NCBI GenBank assembly: GCA_965262725.1 | Contig: OZ253555.1 | Span: forward strand, 1,696,001 to 1,760,000 | Source of the DNA: Dehalococcoidia bacterium | GTDB taxonomy: Bacteria; Chloroflexota; Dehalococcoidia; UBA2979 | Direction of reading: 5' to 3' | Length of the DNA: 64,000 nucleotides | In this document: positions 19,101 through 27,628 of the stretch, in pieces | How positions within the stretch are numbered: position 1 is the stretch's first letter | Layout of the letters: every line of letters starts with the position of its first letter | Notes under the pieces: model-generated | Databases searched by the model: none | What the model was told of the DNA's origin: nothing | The model's input: only the letters and a program-made list of their open reading frames with translations | Translations under genes and position numbers: made by a program

Positions 19101-19439
19101 GTGATGGCAGACTGGTCCGCGTGGCGACAGTTCCCCGATTTCAAAGTAGACGGATATCCCGAGGCCTCGGTTGGCCCCGGAGTCTACGAGCTGCGGCATC
19201 ACTCAACCGGTAAACGCATCCTCGTCGGCGAAAGCAAGACGCTGGCCAAGCGGATGAAGTCGCTGCTGCCGAAATCTCACGGCGGACGCGGGACGCGCAA
19301 GAACTCGAACAAGCGGGAGTACGTCGCCGCGCACCTGCGGGACGTTGAGTACCGCACGCATGATTGTGCGACCAAGGCTGAAGCCAGGGAACTGGAACGT
19401 CAGTTGTTCGACAAGCACACGTACATTTTCCCGACCTAA
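19101..19439 (+). CDS. Stand-alone GIY-YIG-like nuclease
   Basis: PGVYELR...ILVGES...LAKRM...ARELERQL. Confidence 0.65.
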   Translation: MMADWSAWRQFPDFKVDGYPEASVGPGVYELRHHSTGKRILVGESKTLAKRMKSLLPKSHGGRGTRKNSNKREYVAAHLRDVEYRTHDCATKAEARELERQLFDKHTYIFPT

Positions 19440-19503
19440 CCTCAACGGACGGGTGAATGTTGCGACAACTACCAACTGAACCTACCGAACTTTGTCGGAC
19501 ACT

Positions 19504-19545
19504 GGAGAGCCGGATGTCCGGTTCGGAGGGGGGCCGACGGAAGGG
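19504..19545 (+). ncRNA. Possible relic of group II intron domains V/VI
   Basis: ggagagccggatg-tccggttcggaggggggccgacggaa matches the DV consensus with the central GNRA arm missing. Confidence 0.45.
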
Positions 19546-19555
19546 TGCTCCATGC

Positions 19556-20974
19556 TAGTAGCGTCCCGAGAAGTGGTGTCACAGGCGGGGAGACGGTCTC
19601 CACAGGGGGACCTACTACCGACACGGTCCCCATGCAGGTGGACGTAAGAGACTGACCGGACCCCCTTCACGAAGTTATGACGAACGTGGAGGAGGACGAC
19701 GGTGGTCAGAGAGAGCGTGGACGTGTTGGAACTGCTCCGCAAGCAGGCATCGGGAGCTGACCTCGATTTCCTGCGCGAAGCGGTGGCTGTGCTCGCCGAG
19801 GCGGTCATGGACCACGAGGTCTCGGCGCAGGTCGGCGCCGGCTACGGCGAGCGCAGCGAGATGCGCACCACCCGGCGCAACGGCTACAGGCAAAGACGCT
19901 GGGACACGCGGGTGGGCAGCATCGACCTGCAGATCCCGAAGCTCCGCCAGGGGTCCTACTTCCCGGCGCTGCTCGAGCCCCGGCGCCGCTCAGAGCGCGC
20001 CCTGCTAGCCGTCGTCCAGCAGGCGTACGTGGAGGGCGTCTCCACTCGCCGCGTCGACGACCTCGTGCGCTCGCTCGGCTGCGAGGGCATCTCGAAGAGC
20101 CAGGTCTCGCGTATCTGCTCGGAGCTCGATACGGTCGTCACGAGTTTCCTCGGCCGGCCCCTCGACTCCGGCCCCTACCGATACCTCTGGCTCGACGCGC
20201 TCACCCAGCGCGTACGCGAGGAGGGCCGCATCGCCCAGGTGAGCGTCGTCGTCGCCACCGCGGTGAACGCCGAGGGGAAGCGCGAGGTGCTGGGCATCGA
20301 CGTCGGGACCAGCGAGGACGGGGCCTTCTGGCTGGCGTTTCTGCGCGGCCTCGTAGCACGAGGGCTCTCCGGCGTGGAGCTGGTGACCTCCGACGCCCAC
20401 CATGGCCTGAGGGGAGCGATCGCGACCGTCTTCGGCGGCGCCTCCTGGCAGCGCTGCCGTACCCACTTCATGCGAAACCTGCTCACGCGCGTGCCGAAGA
20501 GCGCCGAGGCGCTGGTGGCGACGACCGTGCGCACCATCTACCAGCAGCCCTCGGCCTCCGAGGTGCACGCCCAGCACACGCGGGTCGTGGAGCAGCTCGG
20601 TGCGCGCTTCCCGCAGGCCGCGGCAATGCTCGCCGATGCCGCCGAGGAGATCCTGGCGTTCACGGCCTTCCCGGTGGCGCACTGGCGTCAGGTCTGGTCG
20701 AACAACCCCCAGGAGCGCCTCAACAAGGAGATCCGCCGGCGCACCAACGTCGTCGGCATCTTCCCCAACCGCTCAGCGGTCATCCGGCTCATCGGTGCGG
20801 TGCTCTCCGAGCAGCACGACGAGTGGGCCGTGGGGCGGCGCTACATGACGATGATGACGCTGCTCTCCCCGCCGGGGAGTGAGCTCACGCCGGGCAAGGA
20901 GGTGCTGCTGCAGGCTGCCGGCTAAGAAATGATAAGGATGGTGCGCAGTGACACCACTTGCCGGGACGTGACCC
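19556..20974 (+). mobile_element. IS256-family element
   Basis: IRs (tagtag)cgtcccgagaagtggtgtcac and gtgacaccacttgccgggacgtgaccc; no TSD seen. Confidence 0.85.
19702..20925 (+). CDS. IS256-family (mutator) transposase
   Basis: RNGYR, IPKLRQG, GVSTR, YLWLDA, SDAHHGL, QRCRTHF and NNPQERLNKEIRRRT. Confidence 0.96.
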   Translation: MVRESVDVLELLRKQASGADLDFLREAVAVLAEAVMDHEVSAQVGAGYGERSEMRTTRRNGYRQRRWDTRVGSIDLQIPKLRQGSYFPALLEPRRRSERALLAVVQQAYVEGVSTRRVDDLVRSLGCEGISKSQVSRICSELDTVVTSFLGRPLDSGPYRYLWLDALTQRVREEGRIAQVSVVVATAVNAEGKREVLGIDVGTSEDGAFWLAFLRGLVARGLSGVELVTSDAHHGLRGAIATVFGGASWQRCRTHFMRNLLTRVPKSAEALVATTVRTIYQQPSASEVHAQHTRVVEQLGARFPQAAAMLADAAEEILAFTAFPVAHWRQVWSNNPQERLNKEIRRRTNVVGIFPNRSAVIRLIGAVLSEQHDEWAVGRRYMTMMTLLSPPGSELTPGKEVLLQAAG

Positions 20975-21140
20975 AAACGCCTGGGCTTCGCAACGTGCGC
21001 TGCCGCATGCCCCTCCGTCTCAGCTGCAGACGAGCGCCCGGGGATCTGACCGCGTTGACGCGTTGAAAGGCGCCGGCCCGTGGGGCCCCTGTCAATCACG
21101 TCCCCGCTCTCCTGCGAGGCCCCATGGAACACGGCGACCT

Positions 21141-21280
21141 CGGCGCAGGCTGCTCTCGGCCGAGCACTTCACGGTCGAGGGGACGCTGCTCGAGGCGTGG
21201 GCCGCGCTCAAGAGCTACCGCTCGCACGATGAGCAGGGCCCATCTCCTTCGCGAGGCGCCACCCGAGAGTGGACTTTCGA
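21141..21280 (+). pseudogene. IS5-family transposase fragment
   Basis: LLSAEHFTVEGTLLEAWAALKSYRSHDEQG is homologous to LLSEEHFTVDGSQLEAWASHKSYRSRDEQD at 46396-47472. Confidence 0.8.
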
Positions 21281-21335
21281 CTGGGCCGACGTCGCGGGCG
21301 CGCGGAGCGGATCGAGGCGCCATGTGTCTTGATCG

Positions 21336-21357
21336 CTTGGGGCCATCTTGGGGCCAT
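21336..21357. repeat. Tandem 11-bp direct repeat, arm-site-like
   Basis: cttggggccat x2. Confidence 0.6.
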
Positions 21358-21482
21358 GTTCGGTGGGACGGCGTGGGACCAGAGGGCACGAGCCGTCGCA
21401 TAGAGTGCCCGAATCCCTCGGCGACAGGTACGAAACGGCTCCTGACGTGACGGGCTGCGACGGGCCGGGATCGACCTGAGTA

Positions 21483-21529
21483 CCCTGTCACCGTGGAGAT
21501 CGTCGATTCGCATCCGCTCGGGGTCGCCA
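21483..21529 (+). pseudogene. Degenerate 3' half of tRNA-Asp(GTC), att-site relic
   Basis: ccctgtcaccgtggagatcgtcgattcgcatccgctcggggtcgcca: CTGTCA anticodon loop, decayed T-arm and GGGGTCGCCA acceptor. Confidence 0.55.
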
Positions 21530-21812
21530 CAATTGCCATGCGGAAACCGGCGCTGCGGCTGAGGGAGGGTGCTGGTCAGCCTGAGCCCGGTCTTCCCGGG
21601 ACTGAGCAGACACCGGTCGAGTCACCCTCCTAGCGCCTGCAACTCCCGGCCCGTGTACGCCGCCCCTGCACTTCCCGCAGGCACCATCCGCGGCTGCCCG
21701 CGTTCCGCGCACCATCTGCGTTCCCTTCTCAACGTCGGCGCAACCAACCGACGCTCCGACGTGCTCTTCTCGCCGCCCCGGCCGACGATAACGAGAACGC
21801 GTGGCGTGACCA

Positions 21813-22826
21813 TCATCTGCTGGTCTGCGCCCTCGTCCCGGCGATCCGGTCCATTGGCGAGAACTTTCGGTGCTGGACGGCCACGTGCGCGGAGGCGAGG
21901 TTCACGTAGCGACGCACCATCTCCAGCGTCGAGTGGCCGAGGATCTGCTGGAGGCTGAAGACATCACCCCCGTTGATCAGGTAGCGCGTCGCGAAGGTGT
22001 GGCGGCAGAGGTGAGGATGCAGACGCGTCACCCCCGAGCGCATCGCGGCGCGCTTGATCGCCTGCGTGAGCGCGCTACGCCCCAGGGGGCGCCCGTCGAG
22101 CGTCAGGAAGACGTAGACGTCCGGGCCCAGCGGTTCCGGCCGGTAGTGGTGCTGGTAGCGCCAGAGTGCTCGCTGCGTGGCGGTGCCGAAGGGCACGATG
22201 CGCTCCTTGCCTCCCTTGCCCAGAACCTTGAGCCATCCGGCGTCAAGTTCGAGGTCCGCCGTCCGCAGCCCGGCCACCTCGCTGATGCGCAGGCCGGAGT
22301 CGAGCATGAGCGTGAGGATCGCGTAGGCGCGCGCTCCCCAGTCCGACTTCGTGTCGCAGGCGGCGAGCACCCGGCCTATCTCGGCCTCGGTCAGCACGTC
22401 GACGATCCGGCTGGGGACGCGGTAGTTGGCGAGATGCTCGAGGCGGTAGCTCTCCGTGTAGCCCTCGCGGTGCAGCCAGTTGAAGAAGGCCTTGAGGGCG
22501 CGGATGCGGTTCTGGATGCCGCCGGGCGAGAGTCCCTCCTCGGCCGTCGGGCAGAACTCGGTGTCGTCCCACTTCCGCTTCTGTTGCAGGTACGCGATGT
22601 AGGCCCGCACCTGCGGTTCGCCGGTCTCGGCGATGAGCGTCGATGAGCCCTCCCCGGCGAGGAAGCGCTCGAACTTCCCGAGTTCATAGTTGTACCAGCG
22701 GATCGTGTTGGGGGACTTGCCGTCGGTCCGGTTGTGGAACTCCCAGTAGCCGATGAGATCCCGCAGCGCCAGTTGCTCCATCCCGCTCCTCCATCGCTGC
22801 TCCGTGCGGCTCTTGCCTCGCGTCAT
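21813..22826 (-). CDS. Tyrosine recombinase/integrase
   Basis: SGLRISE, GKGGKER, HLCRHTFAT and LGHSTLEMVRRY give the complete R-K-H-R-H-Y set. Confidence 0.95.
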   Translation of the reverse strand: MTRGKSRTEQRWRSGMEQLALRDLIGYWEFHNRTDGKSPNTIRWYNYELGKFERFLAGEGSSTLIAETGEPQVRAYIAYLQQKRKWDDTEFCPTAEEGLSPGGIQNRIRALKAFFNWLHREGYTESYRLEHLANYRVPSRIVDVLTEAEIGRVLAACDTKSDWGARAYAILTLMLDSGLRISEVAGLRTADLELDAGWLKVLGKGGKERIVPFGTATQRALWRYQHHYRPEPLGPDVYVFLTLDGRPLGRSALTQAIKRAAMRSGVTRLHPHLCRHTFATRYLINGGDVFSLQQILGHSTLEMVRRYVNLASAHVAVQHRKFSPMDRIAGTRAQTSR

Positions 22827-22862
22827 GACCCTCTCCCCTCCGGTCCCGGGCGGTCAAAATCT

Positions 22863-22913
22863 CGTGACCGCGCCGTGATCCGTGCGTGAAGCGGACGTGA
22901 CCTGAGCGTGATC
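22863..22913. repeat. Five CGTGA motifs at an exact 11-bp period
   Basis: CGTGA starts at 22863, 22874, 22885, 22896 and 22907, between the integrase start and the tRNA. Confidence 0.75.
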
Positions 22914-23048
22914 TGTGGCTCGACGAGGCAGGGGGTCGCGGCAGCAGTGAATAGCCGCACGGCGATGGCTCACCCGCCGCCGTTCAGGGGGCGGAATGGG
23001 GGATTCTGAACCTAAGAACGGGCTCTCACGCCGCGATGGCGAGAGATC

Positions 23049-23124
23049 TGGAGCGGGGGACGGGTCTCGAACCCGCGACCTTCTGCTTGGAAGGCAGACG
23101 CTCTGCCAGCTGAGCTACCCCCGC
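23049..23124 (-). tRNA. tRNA-Gly(TCC)
   Basis: GCGGGGGTAGCTCAG...CTTCCAA...GGTTCGAGAC...CCCCCGCTCCA, 76 nt cloverleaf. Confidence 0.97.
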
Positions 23125-23323
23125 CCGACCACCGGTTGGCACCCGATCGCGTCGCAGCGCGGGCGCTCGCATAGAGTGTATCCGCGAGGGGCGTTGACCG
23201 GCGCCCACCCGGCGTGGTCCCGGACCGCAGCGATGCCGGCGGGCAGATGGGCCCGGGGCCGCGCCCGCGCTCCTTCGCGCCGGAGCGGGAGAGGCCCGAC
23301 CGGGCGCAGTGCGAGGGGGAACG

Positions 23324-24220
23324 GTGGCGGCGACGAGTCTGGATGTGACCCGAGGCTTCGTGAAGACGCCGCACGGGCACGTCGAGTACCGCGAGGCCGG
23401 CGAGGGGGAGCCCTTCGTCATGCTCCATACCACTCCGTCCACCTCCGAACAGTACCAGCCGCTCTTCGGCCATTTCTCCGGCCGCTACCGGGTCGTCGCG
23501 CCCACGACCATCGGCTACGGCCACTCCGACCGGCCGCCCGAGCCGTACACGAGCGTTCGCGAGTTCGCGCAGGCGCTCTCCTGGACCCTCGACGGACTCG
23601 GGCTCGACCGGGTTCATCTCTTCGGTGCGAAGACCGGTGCGCAGATCGCGATCGACCTCGCAGGCTGGCAGCCTGAGCGCGTGCGCTCGCTGGTTCTCGA
23701 CGAGCCTTTCGACTACTGCAACGAGGAGGGGCGGGCGCTCCACGGCCGCATCCATCGCTACTACCCCGAGCAGGCCGACGGCAGCCACCTGGTGGCGATC
23801 TGGAAGCGGGTCGGCGGCGATCGACCGGGGGCCGATGTGGCCGAGGCCAACCGTTCGCTGATGAACCTGCTGCACGTCAACGAGGGAGGCGACGACGTGC
23901 GAGCGATCTACGGCGACATGGGGTGGGAGGGTGCCGGTCCCTACGCGATCTGCCACTTCTCCACGTTCGATCACACGCCGATGATCCAGGCGCCGACCCT
24001 GGTGATGCACGGCTCGGAGAGCCGATTGCGCTCGCTCCACGCGCGCTTCCTCGAGACGATCCCGAACGTGCGCGGCGTGCTGATCGGCAACTCCGGCCTC
24101 GAGGAGTCCGTGACACGCCCGGCCCACCTCCGCGGCCAGTTCTTCGCGACGCAGGCCCCCGGGGAGTGGTCCGGGGCCATCCTCCGCTTCCTCGACGACG
24201 CGGAGCGGACGCCGGCCTGA
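23324..24220 (+). CDS. Alpha/beta hydrolase-fold protein
   Basis: GYGHSD, LDGLGLDRVHLFG, PERVRSLVL and IQAPTLVMHG; nucleophile elbow reads GAKTG. Confidence 0.85.
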   Translation: MAATSLDVTRGFVKTPHGHVEYREAGEGEPFVMLHTTPSTSEQYQPLFGHFSGRYRVVAPTTIGYGHSDRPPEPYTSVREFAQALSWTLDGLGLDRVHLFGAKTGAQIAIDLAGWQPERVRSLVLDEPFDYCNEEGRALHGRIHRYYPEQADGSHLVAIWKRVGGDRPGADVAEANRSLMNLLHVNEGGDDVRAIYGDMGWEGAGPYAICHFSTFDHTPMIQAPTLVMHGSESRLRSLHARFLETIPNVRGVLIGNSGLEESVTRPAHLRGQFFATQAPGEWSGAILRFLDDAERTPA

Positions 24221-24276
24221 CACCGCCCGCGGATGTGGCGCGACGAGCGGAGCCCGGGGACGGCCTCCTGGCGCTG

Positions 24277-24960
24277 CTACTCACCCCGCCGCGCGTCTCG
24301 CAGCTCCCGCACGAGCGTGGCCGCCACGTGGTCGACGCGGGGCCCGGTCTCCTGCGCGACGATCACGGTCCCGCCCGTCGGCACGACGGCGATGAAGAGC
24401 TGCGTGCCGGAGGGCTCGACGGCAGTGCAGGTGAGGAGCCAGCCGCGCTCCCCCGCGAGTGGCGCCTCGGCCGCTGCACAGCGGTGTGACGGCGTGTCCC
24501 CGCCCGCCAGCAGGGCGGCCAGAGACCGGGCCACCGACTCGTCGCCCGCGTCGAGCAGCTCCACACCTCCCGCCGAGCCGGCCCCGGCCGTGGCGACGTA
24601 CGAGTCGACGAGCAGGTCCAGCGGGAGCCCCGCGCTCCGCGCATCCTCGAGCACGCCTGCGCGTTCGACGATCTCTCGCAGGAAGCGGTCGCGGGGCTGC
24701 CGGGAGACGACGGCTGTACGGCCGTAGGTCGCGACGACGGAGCGTGTGAGCGCCTCGAGCAGGAGCGAGGAGCGCCCTTCCCCCTCGGATAACGGAGAGA
24801 TGCTGCGCTCAGACTCGCTCCCGCCGGCCGCGCACGCCGGGCCAAGGATTGTGATCACGGCGAACAGCAGCATGACCCGGAGGCGGGCGGCGAAGGGGCC
24901 GCGGCCCGCGCCCGTACGGCTCGTGCGCGCGGCTGCGCTGTGTGCCACTACGGTGCTCAT
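24277..24960 (-). CDS. Hypothetical protein, putative lipoprotein
   Basis: GAGGAG SD; hydrophobic segment ending LGPAC. Confidence 0.55.
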   Translation of the reverse strand: MSTVVAHSAAARTSRTGAGRGPFAARLRVMLLFAVITILGPACAAGGSESERSISPLSEGEGRSSLLLEALTRSVVATYGRTAVVSRQPRDRFLREIVERAGVLEDARSAGLPLDLLVDSYVATAGAGSAGGVELLDAGDESVARSLAALLAGGDTPSHRCAAAEAPLAGERGWLLTCTAVEPSGTQLFIAVVPTGGTVIVAQETGPRVDHVAATLVRELRDARRGE

Positions 24961-25137
24961 CGTCGGCGCTCCTCGCGGTCATCCCGCTCCGAGGATGCGC
25001 GCGAGTCTATCGATAGCGGGCTCCGGTGACCCGCCGGCCGGAAGCGGCTACGATGCCCTCCCTCCGGCGCGGGCGCCCGCTCGCGCTGTCCCCGCATCGC
25101 TCTCGCGGGCGGTCGCGGTTGCCGGGAGGGGAGGCCG

Positions 25138-26007
25138 ATGGCCGGGATCGCGGAACGCTGGGAGCCTCTCGGGCGGCACGGCGCGACGGAGCTCGTGGCC
25201 GCGCGCGAGCAGCTGCATTGTGCGGCGCAGATCGTGGCATCCGTCCCGCGCGTGCTGGCAGTGCCGCTCCCCGACTGGAGTCACAGCGCCTACACCTGGG
25301 ACGACTCCGTCCGCGCGATGGTGAGCAGCGCGCTCCCCGGCCGGACGCCCTTCCGGGTCGCGCTCCGGCCAGCGGGTCTCCGCGTCCTGCTCCTCCCGCT
25401 GGCGGGTGGCGAGCCGATCGCCGAGTTTGCCGCCGGGGGCCGCACGACCGGCGATCTCTTCGCCTGGCTGGGCGAGCGCGCCGTCGAGCTGACCGGCGCG
25501 CCCCTCCCCGGGCCGCTTGAGGAGGCGGACGAGTACCCGCCGTCGCCGTGCACGCCCGACCAGCGCTTCGAGGCGGGCGACGCCACGGCGTTCGGCGAGC
25601 TGGAGCGCTACTACGTCGACGCGGCCGCGGCGCTCGGCTCCGTCGTCGGCTCCCGGTCCGACGCCTCGCCGCTGCGCCTCTGGCCGCATCACCTCGACAT
25701 CGCGACGCTCATCACCCTCGATTCCGGGGTCGATCCGGAGGAGGCGCGGAGCGTCGGAATCGGGATGCAGCCCGGAGACGATGGCTACCCGGAGCCGTAC
25801 TTCTACGTGACCCCGTGGCCCTACCCTGCGACGGGCTTGCTCCCCGGCCTGGAGGGCGGCGGCCGCTGGCACACCGAGGGCTGGACGGGTGCCCTCCTGC
25901 CGGGGAGCAAGCTCCAGGCGGCCGGGGCGGCGTCCGCGCAGGCCTCGATGCTGGAGGCCTTCCTTCGGTCGGCGGTCGGCACCGTCCTCGAGCTGCTCGA
26001 GCGGTAG
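25138..26007 (+). CDS. DUF5996-like protein
   Basis: DWSH, PLRLWPHHLDIA, PGDDGYPEPYFYVTPWP and GRWHTEGW. Confidence 0.7.
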   Translation: MAGIAERWEPLGRHGATELVAAREQLHCAAQIVASVPRVLAVPLPDWSHSAYTWDDSVRAMVSSALPGRTPFRVALRPAGLRVLLLPLAGGEPIAEFAAGGRTTGDLFAWLGERAVELTGAPLPGPLEEADEYPPSPCTPDQRFEAGDATAFGELERYYVDAAAALGSVVGSRSDASPLRLWPHHLDIATLITLDSGVDPEEARSVGIGMQPGDDGYPEPYFYVTPWPYPATGLLPGLEGGGRWHTEGWTGALLPGSKLQAAGAASAQASMLEAFLRSAVGTVLELLER

Positions 26008-26034
26008 CGGCGTCCGGCCCCCTTACCTTCTTTC

Positions 26035-26245
26035 TGCGGCCTGGGTAGCTTCCCGGGCCGGGAGTCCGGCCGTGCCGGCATGGCTCAGTGCCCCCTGTCG
26101 CTTGGCGGCCTGGGGGGTGTTGCCACCGGCACTGCTCGGTGCGTGAACCTCTGATAGGGACATGCGAGCTGATCGCTGATTCGTAAGGTGGATGACGGCG
26201 CGCGCACCTGCGGCCTTCCGGACGAGTGGACGAAGCACCCGAGAG
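26035..26245 (+). ncRNA. Putative bridge RNA of the IS110 element
   Basis: gatagggaca (26153-26162) equals the right end 27517-27526; gtaaggtg (26183-26190) is the reverse complement of the junction caccttac; gccccc/gggggg loop matches the poly-C target; boundaries approximate. Confidence 0.75.
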
Positions 26246-26253
26246 GAGCCGCA

Positions 26254-27468
26254 GTGGGAACGCCCGATGACATCGACGTGTGGATCGGCCTCGACATCGG
26301 CAAGGCAGAACATTTCGCTGACGCGCTGGACGCCGCGGGCGAGTCGCTGTTCGCCGGCGCCGTGGCCAACGACGAGGCCGACATCGAGACGCTCCTCGGC
26401 CGTGCCCAGGCCCTGGGTGCCCCTGCCCTGGTCGTCGACCAGCCCGGCTCGCTCGCCAGCCTCGTGCTCGCCGTCGCTGCGCGCCTCGGTGTGCCGGTGG
26501 CGTACGTGCCCGGCCTGATAATGCGCCGCGCTGCCGACCTCTACCCGGGCGAGGCCAAGACCGACCGTCGCGACGCCTTCGTCCTCGCCGACACCGGCCG
26601 CATCCGGCGCCACCAGGTGCACTGGCTCGACGCCGGCAACGACGAGCTGCTCGCGCAGCTCCGCGTCCTGAACGGCTACGACGCCGACCTCGCCACGGAC
26701 GCCACACGGCTGTCGAACCGGCTCCGGGACGCGCTCACGGGCATCTCCCCGGCGCTGGAGCGCGTTCTGGGCCCGAGGCTGCACCATCCGGGCGTCCGGG
26801 ATCTCCTGGCACGCTACCCGGCTCCCCAGGCACTGGCGAAGGCCGGCCGCGGCCGCATCGAGAGCACGATCCGGAAGCGCTCGCCGCGGCTGGCGAAGGC
26901 CCTCACCGTCGCCGTGACGCAGGCGCTCGGAGCTCAGAGCGTCGTCGTGCCGGTCGAGGCCGTGATGGGGCGCGTGATCTCCGAGGTCGTTGTCGAACTC
27001 GACCGCACGCTGGAGCGACGGAAGCGGCTCGCGGCCGACATCGAGGAGCTCTTCGAGGCACACCCTTTCGGACGCATCCTCGGCACGCTCCCGGGCATCG
27101 GCCCCCGGGCCGGGTCGAGGATCCTCGCTGAGATCGGCGACGGCGCCCGGTTCGCGAACGGATCGAGGCTCGCGAGCTACGCCGGCCTCGCTCCGGTGAC
27201 CCGCCAGCCCGGGTCGAGTCTCCGCGGCGAAGCGCGCAGCCGGCGCGGGAACCACCGCCTCAAGAACGCGATGTTCCTGGCCGCCTTCGCCTCGCTGCGC
27301 GATCCCGCATCGAGGGCCTTCTACGACCGGAAGCGGGCCGAGGGGAAGAAACACAACGCCGCCGTCATCTGCCTCGCGCGCCGGCGCTGCGACGTCATCT
27401 TGGCCATGCTTCGCTTGCGCCAGCCCTACCGAGCCACGCAATCTCGCCACAACGCGGCAGCCGCCTGA
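26254..27468 (+). CDS. IS110-family recombinase
   Basis: IGLDIGK, VVDQPG, AKTDRRDA, LPGIG, SYAGLAP and AVICLARRR; AGGAG SD. Confidence 0.95.
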   Translation: MGTPDDIDVWIGLDIGKAEHFADALDAAGESLFAGAVANDEADIETLLGRAQALGAPALVVDQPGSLASLVLAVAARLGVPVAYVPGLIMRRAADLYPGEAKTDRRDAFVLADTGRIRRHQVHWLDAGNDELLAQLRVLNGYDADLATDATRLSNRLRDALTGISPALERVLGPRLHHPGVRDLLARYPAPQALAKAGRGRIESTIRKRSPRLAKALTVAVTQALGAQSVVVPVEAVMGRVISEVVVELDRTLERRKRLAADIEELFEAHPFGRILGTLPGIGPRAGSRILAEIGDGARFANGSRLASYAGLAPVTRQPGSSLRGEARSRRGNHRLKNAMFLAAFASLRDPASRAFYDRKRAEGKKHNAAVICLARRRCDVILAMLRLRQPYRATQSRHNAAAA

Positions 27469-27628
27469 TGGCCTCCCGCCACCTCGACTCACAACCTCGA
27501 GGCCCTTGACAGAGAAGATAGGGACACCCCCCCGACGCCCCGGCGGTGTTTGGTGCCCGCGCCGCCGTGTGCGACACTTCGCCGGCCGGCGCGCGAGGGG
27601 CGCGACGACCGAGGGCGGGGGGCGCCGC

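Larger units (their letters stand above)
1..23048. mobile_element. Decayed genomic island at the 3' end of tRNA-Gly; left boundary outside the window
   Basis: Tyrosine integrase adjacent to the tRNA 3' end; dense IS elements, pseudogenes, defence-like genes and lower-GC ORFs; no att duplicate found in the window. Confidence 0.75.
26021..27528 (+). mobile_element. Intact IS110-family element (IS110 subgroup)
   Basis: Left end CCttaccttc, right end ttgacagagaagatagggacaCC; no IRs; the circle junction would give TTGACA-N18-TACCTT. Confidence 0.85.

Noticed and set aside
21622-21816. 64-aa ORF overlapping the integrase stop, as a possible excisionase
   Set aside because: No HTH/MerR-like pattern and weak coding signal.
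1-23048. Direct repeat of the tRNA-Gly 3' end (second att site)
   Set aside because: Not found by eye in the window; the island boundary is probably further left or eroded.
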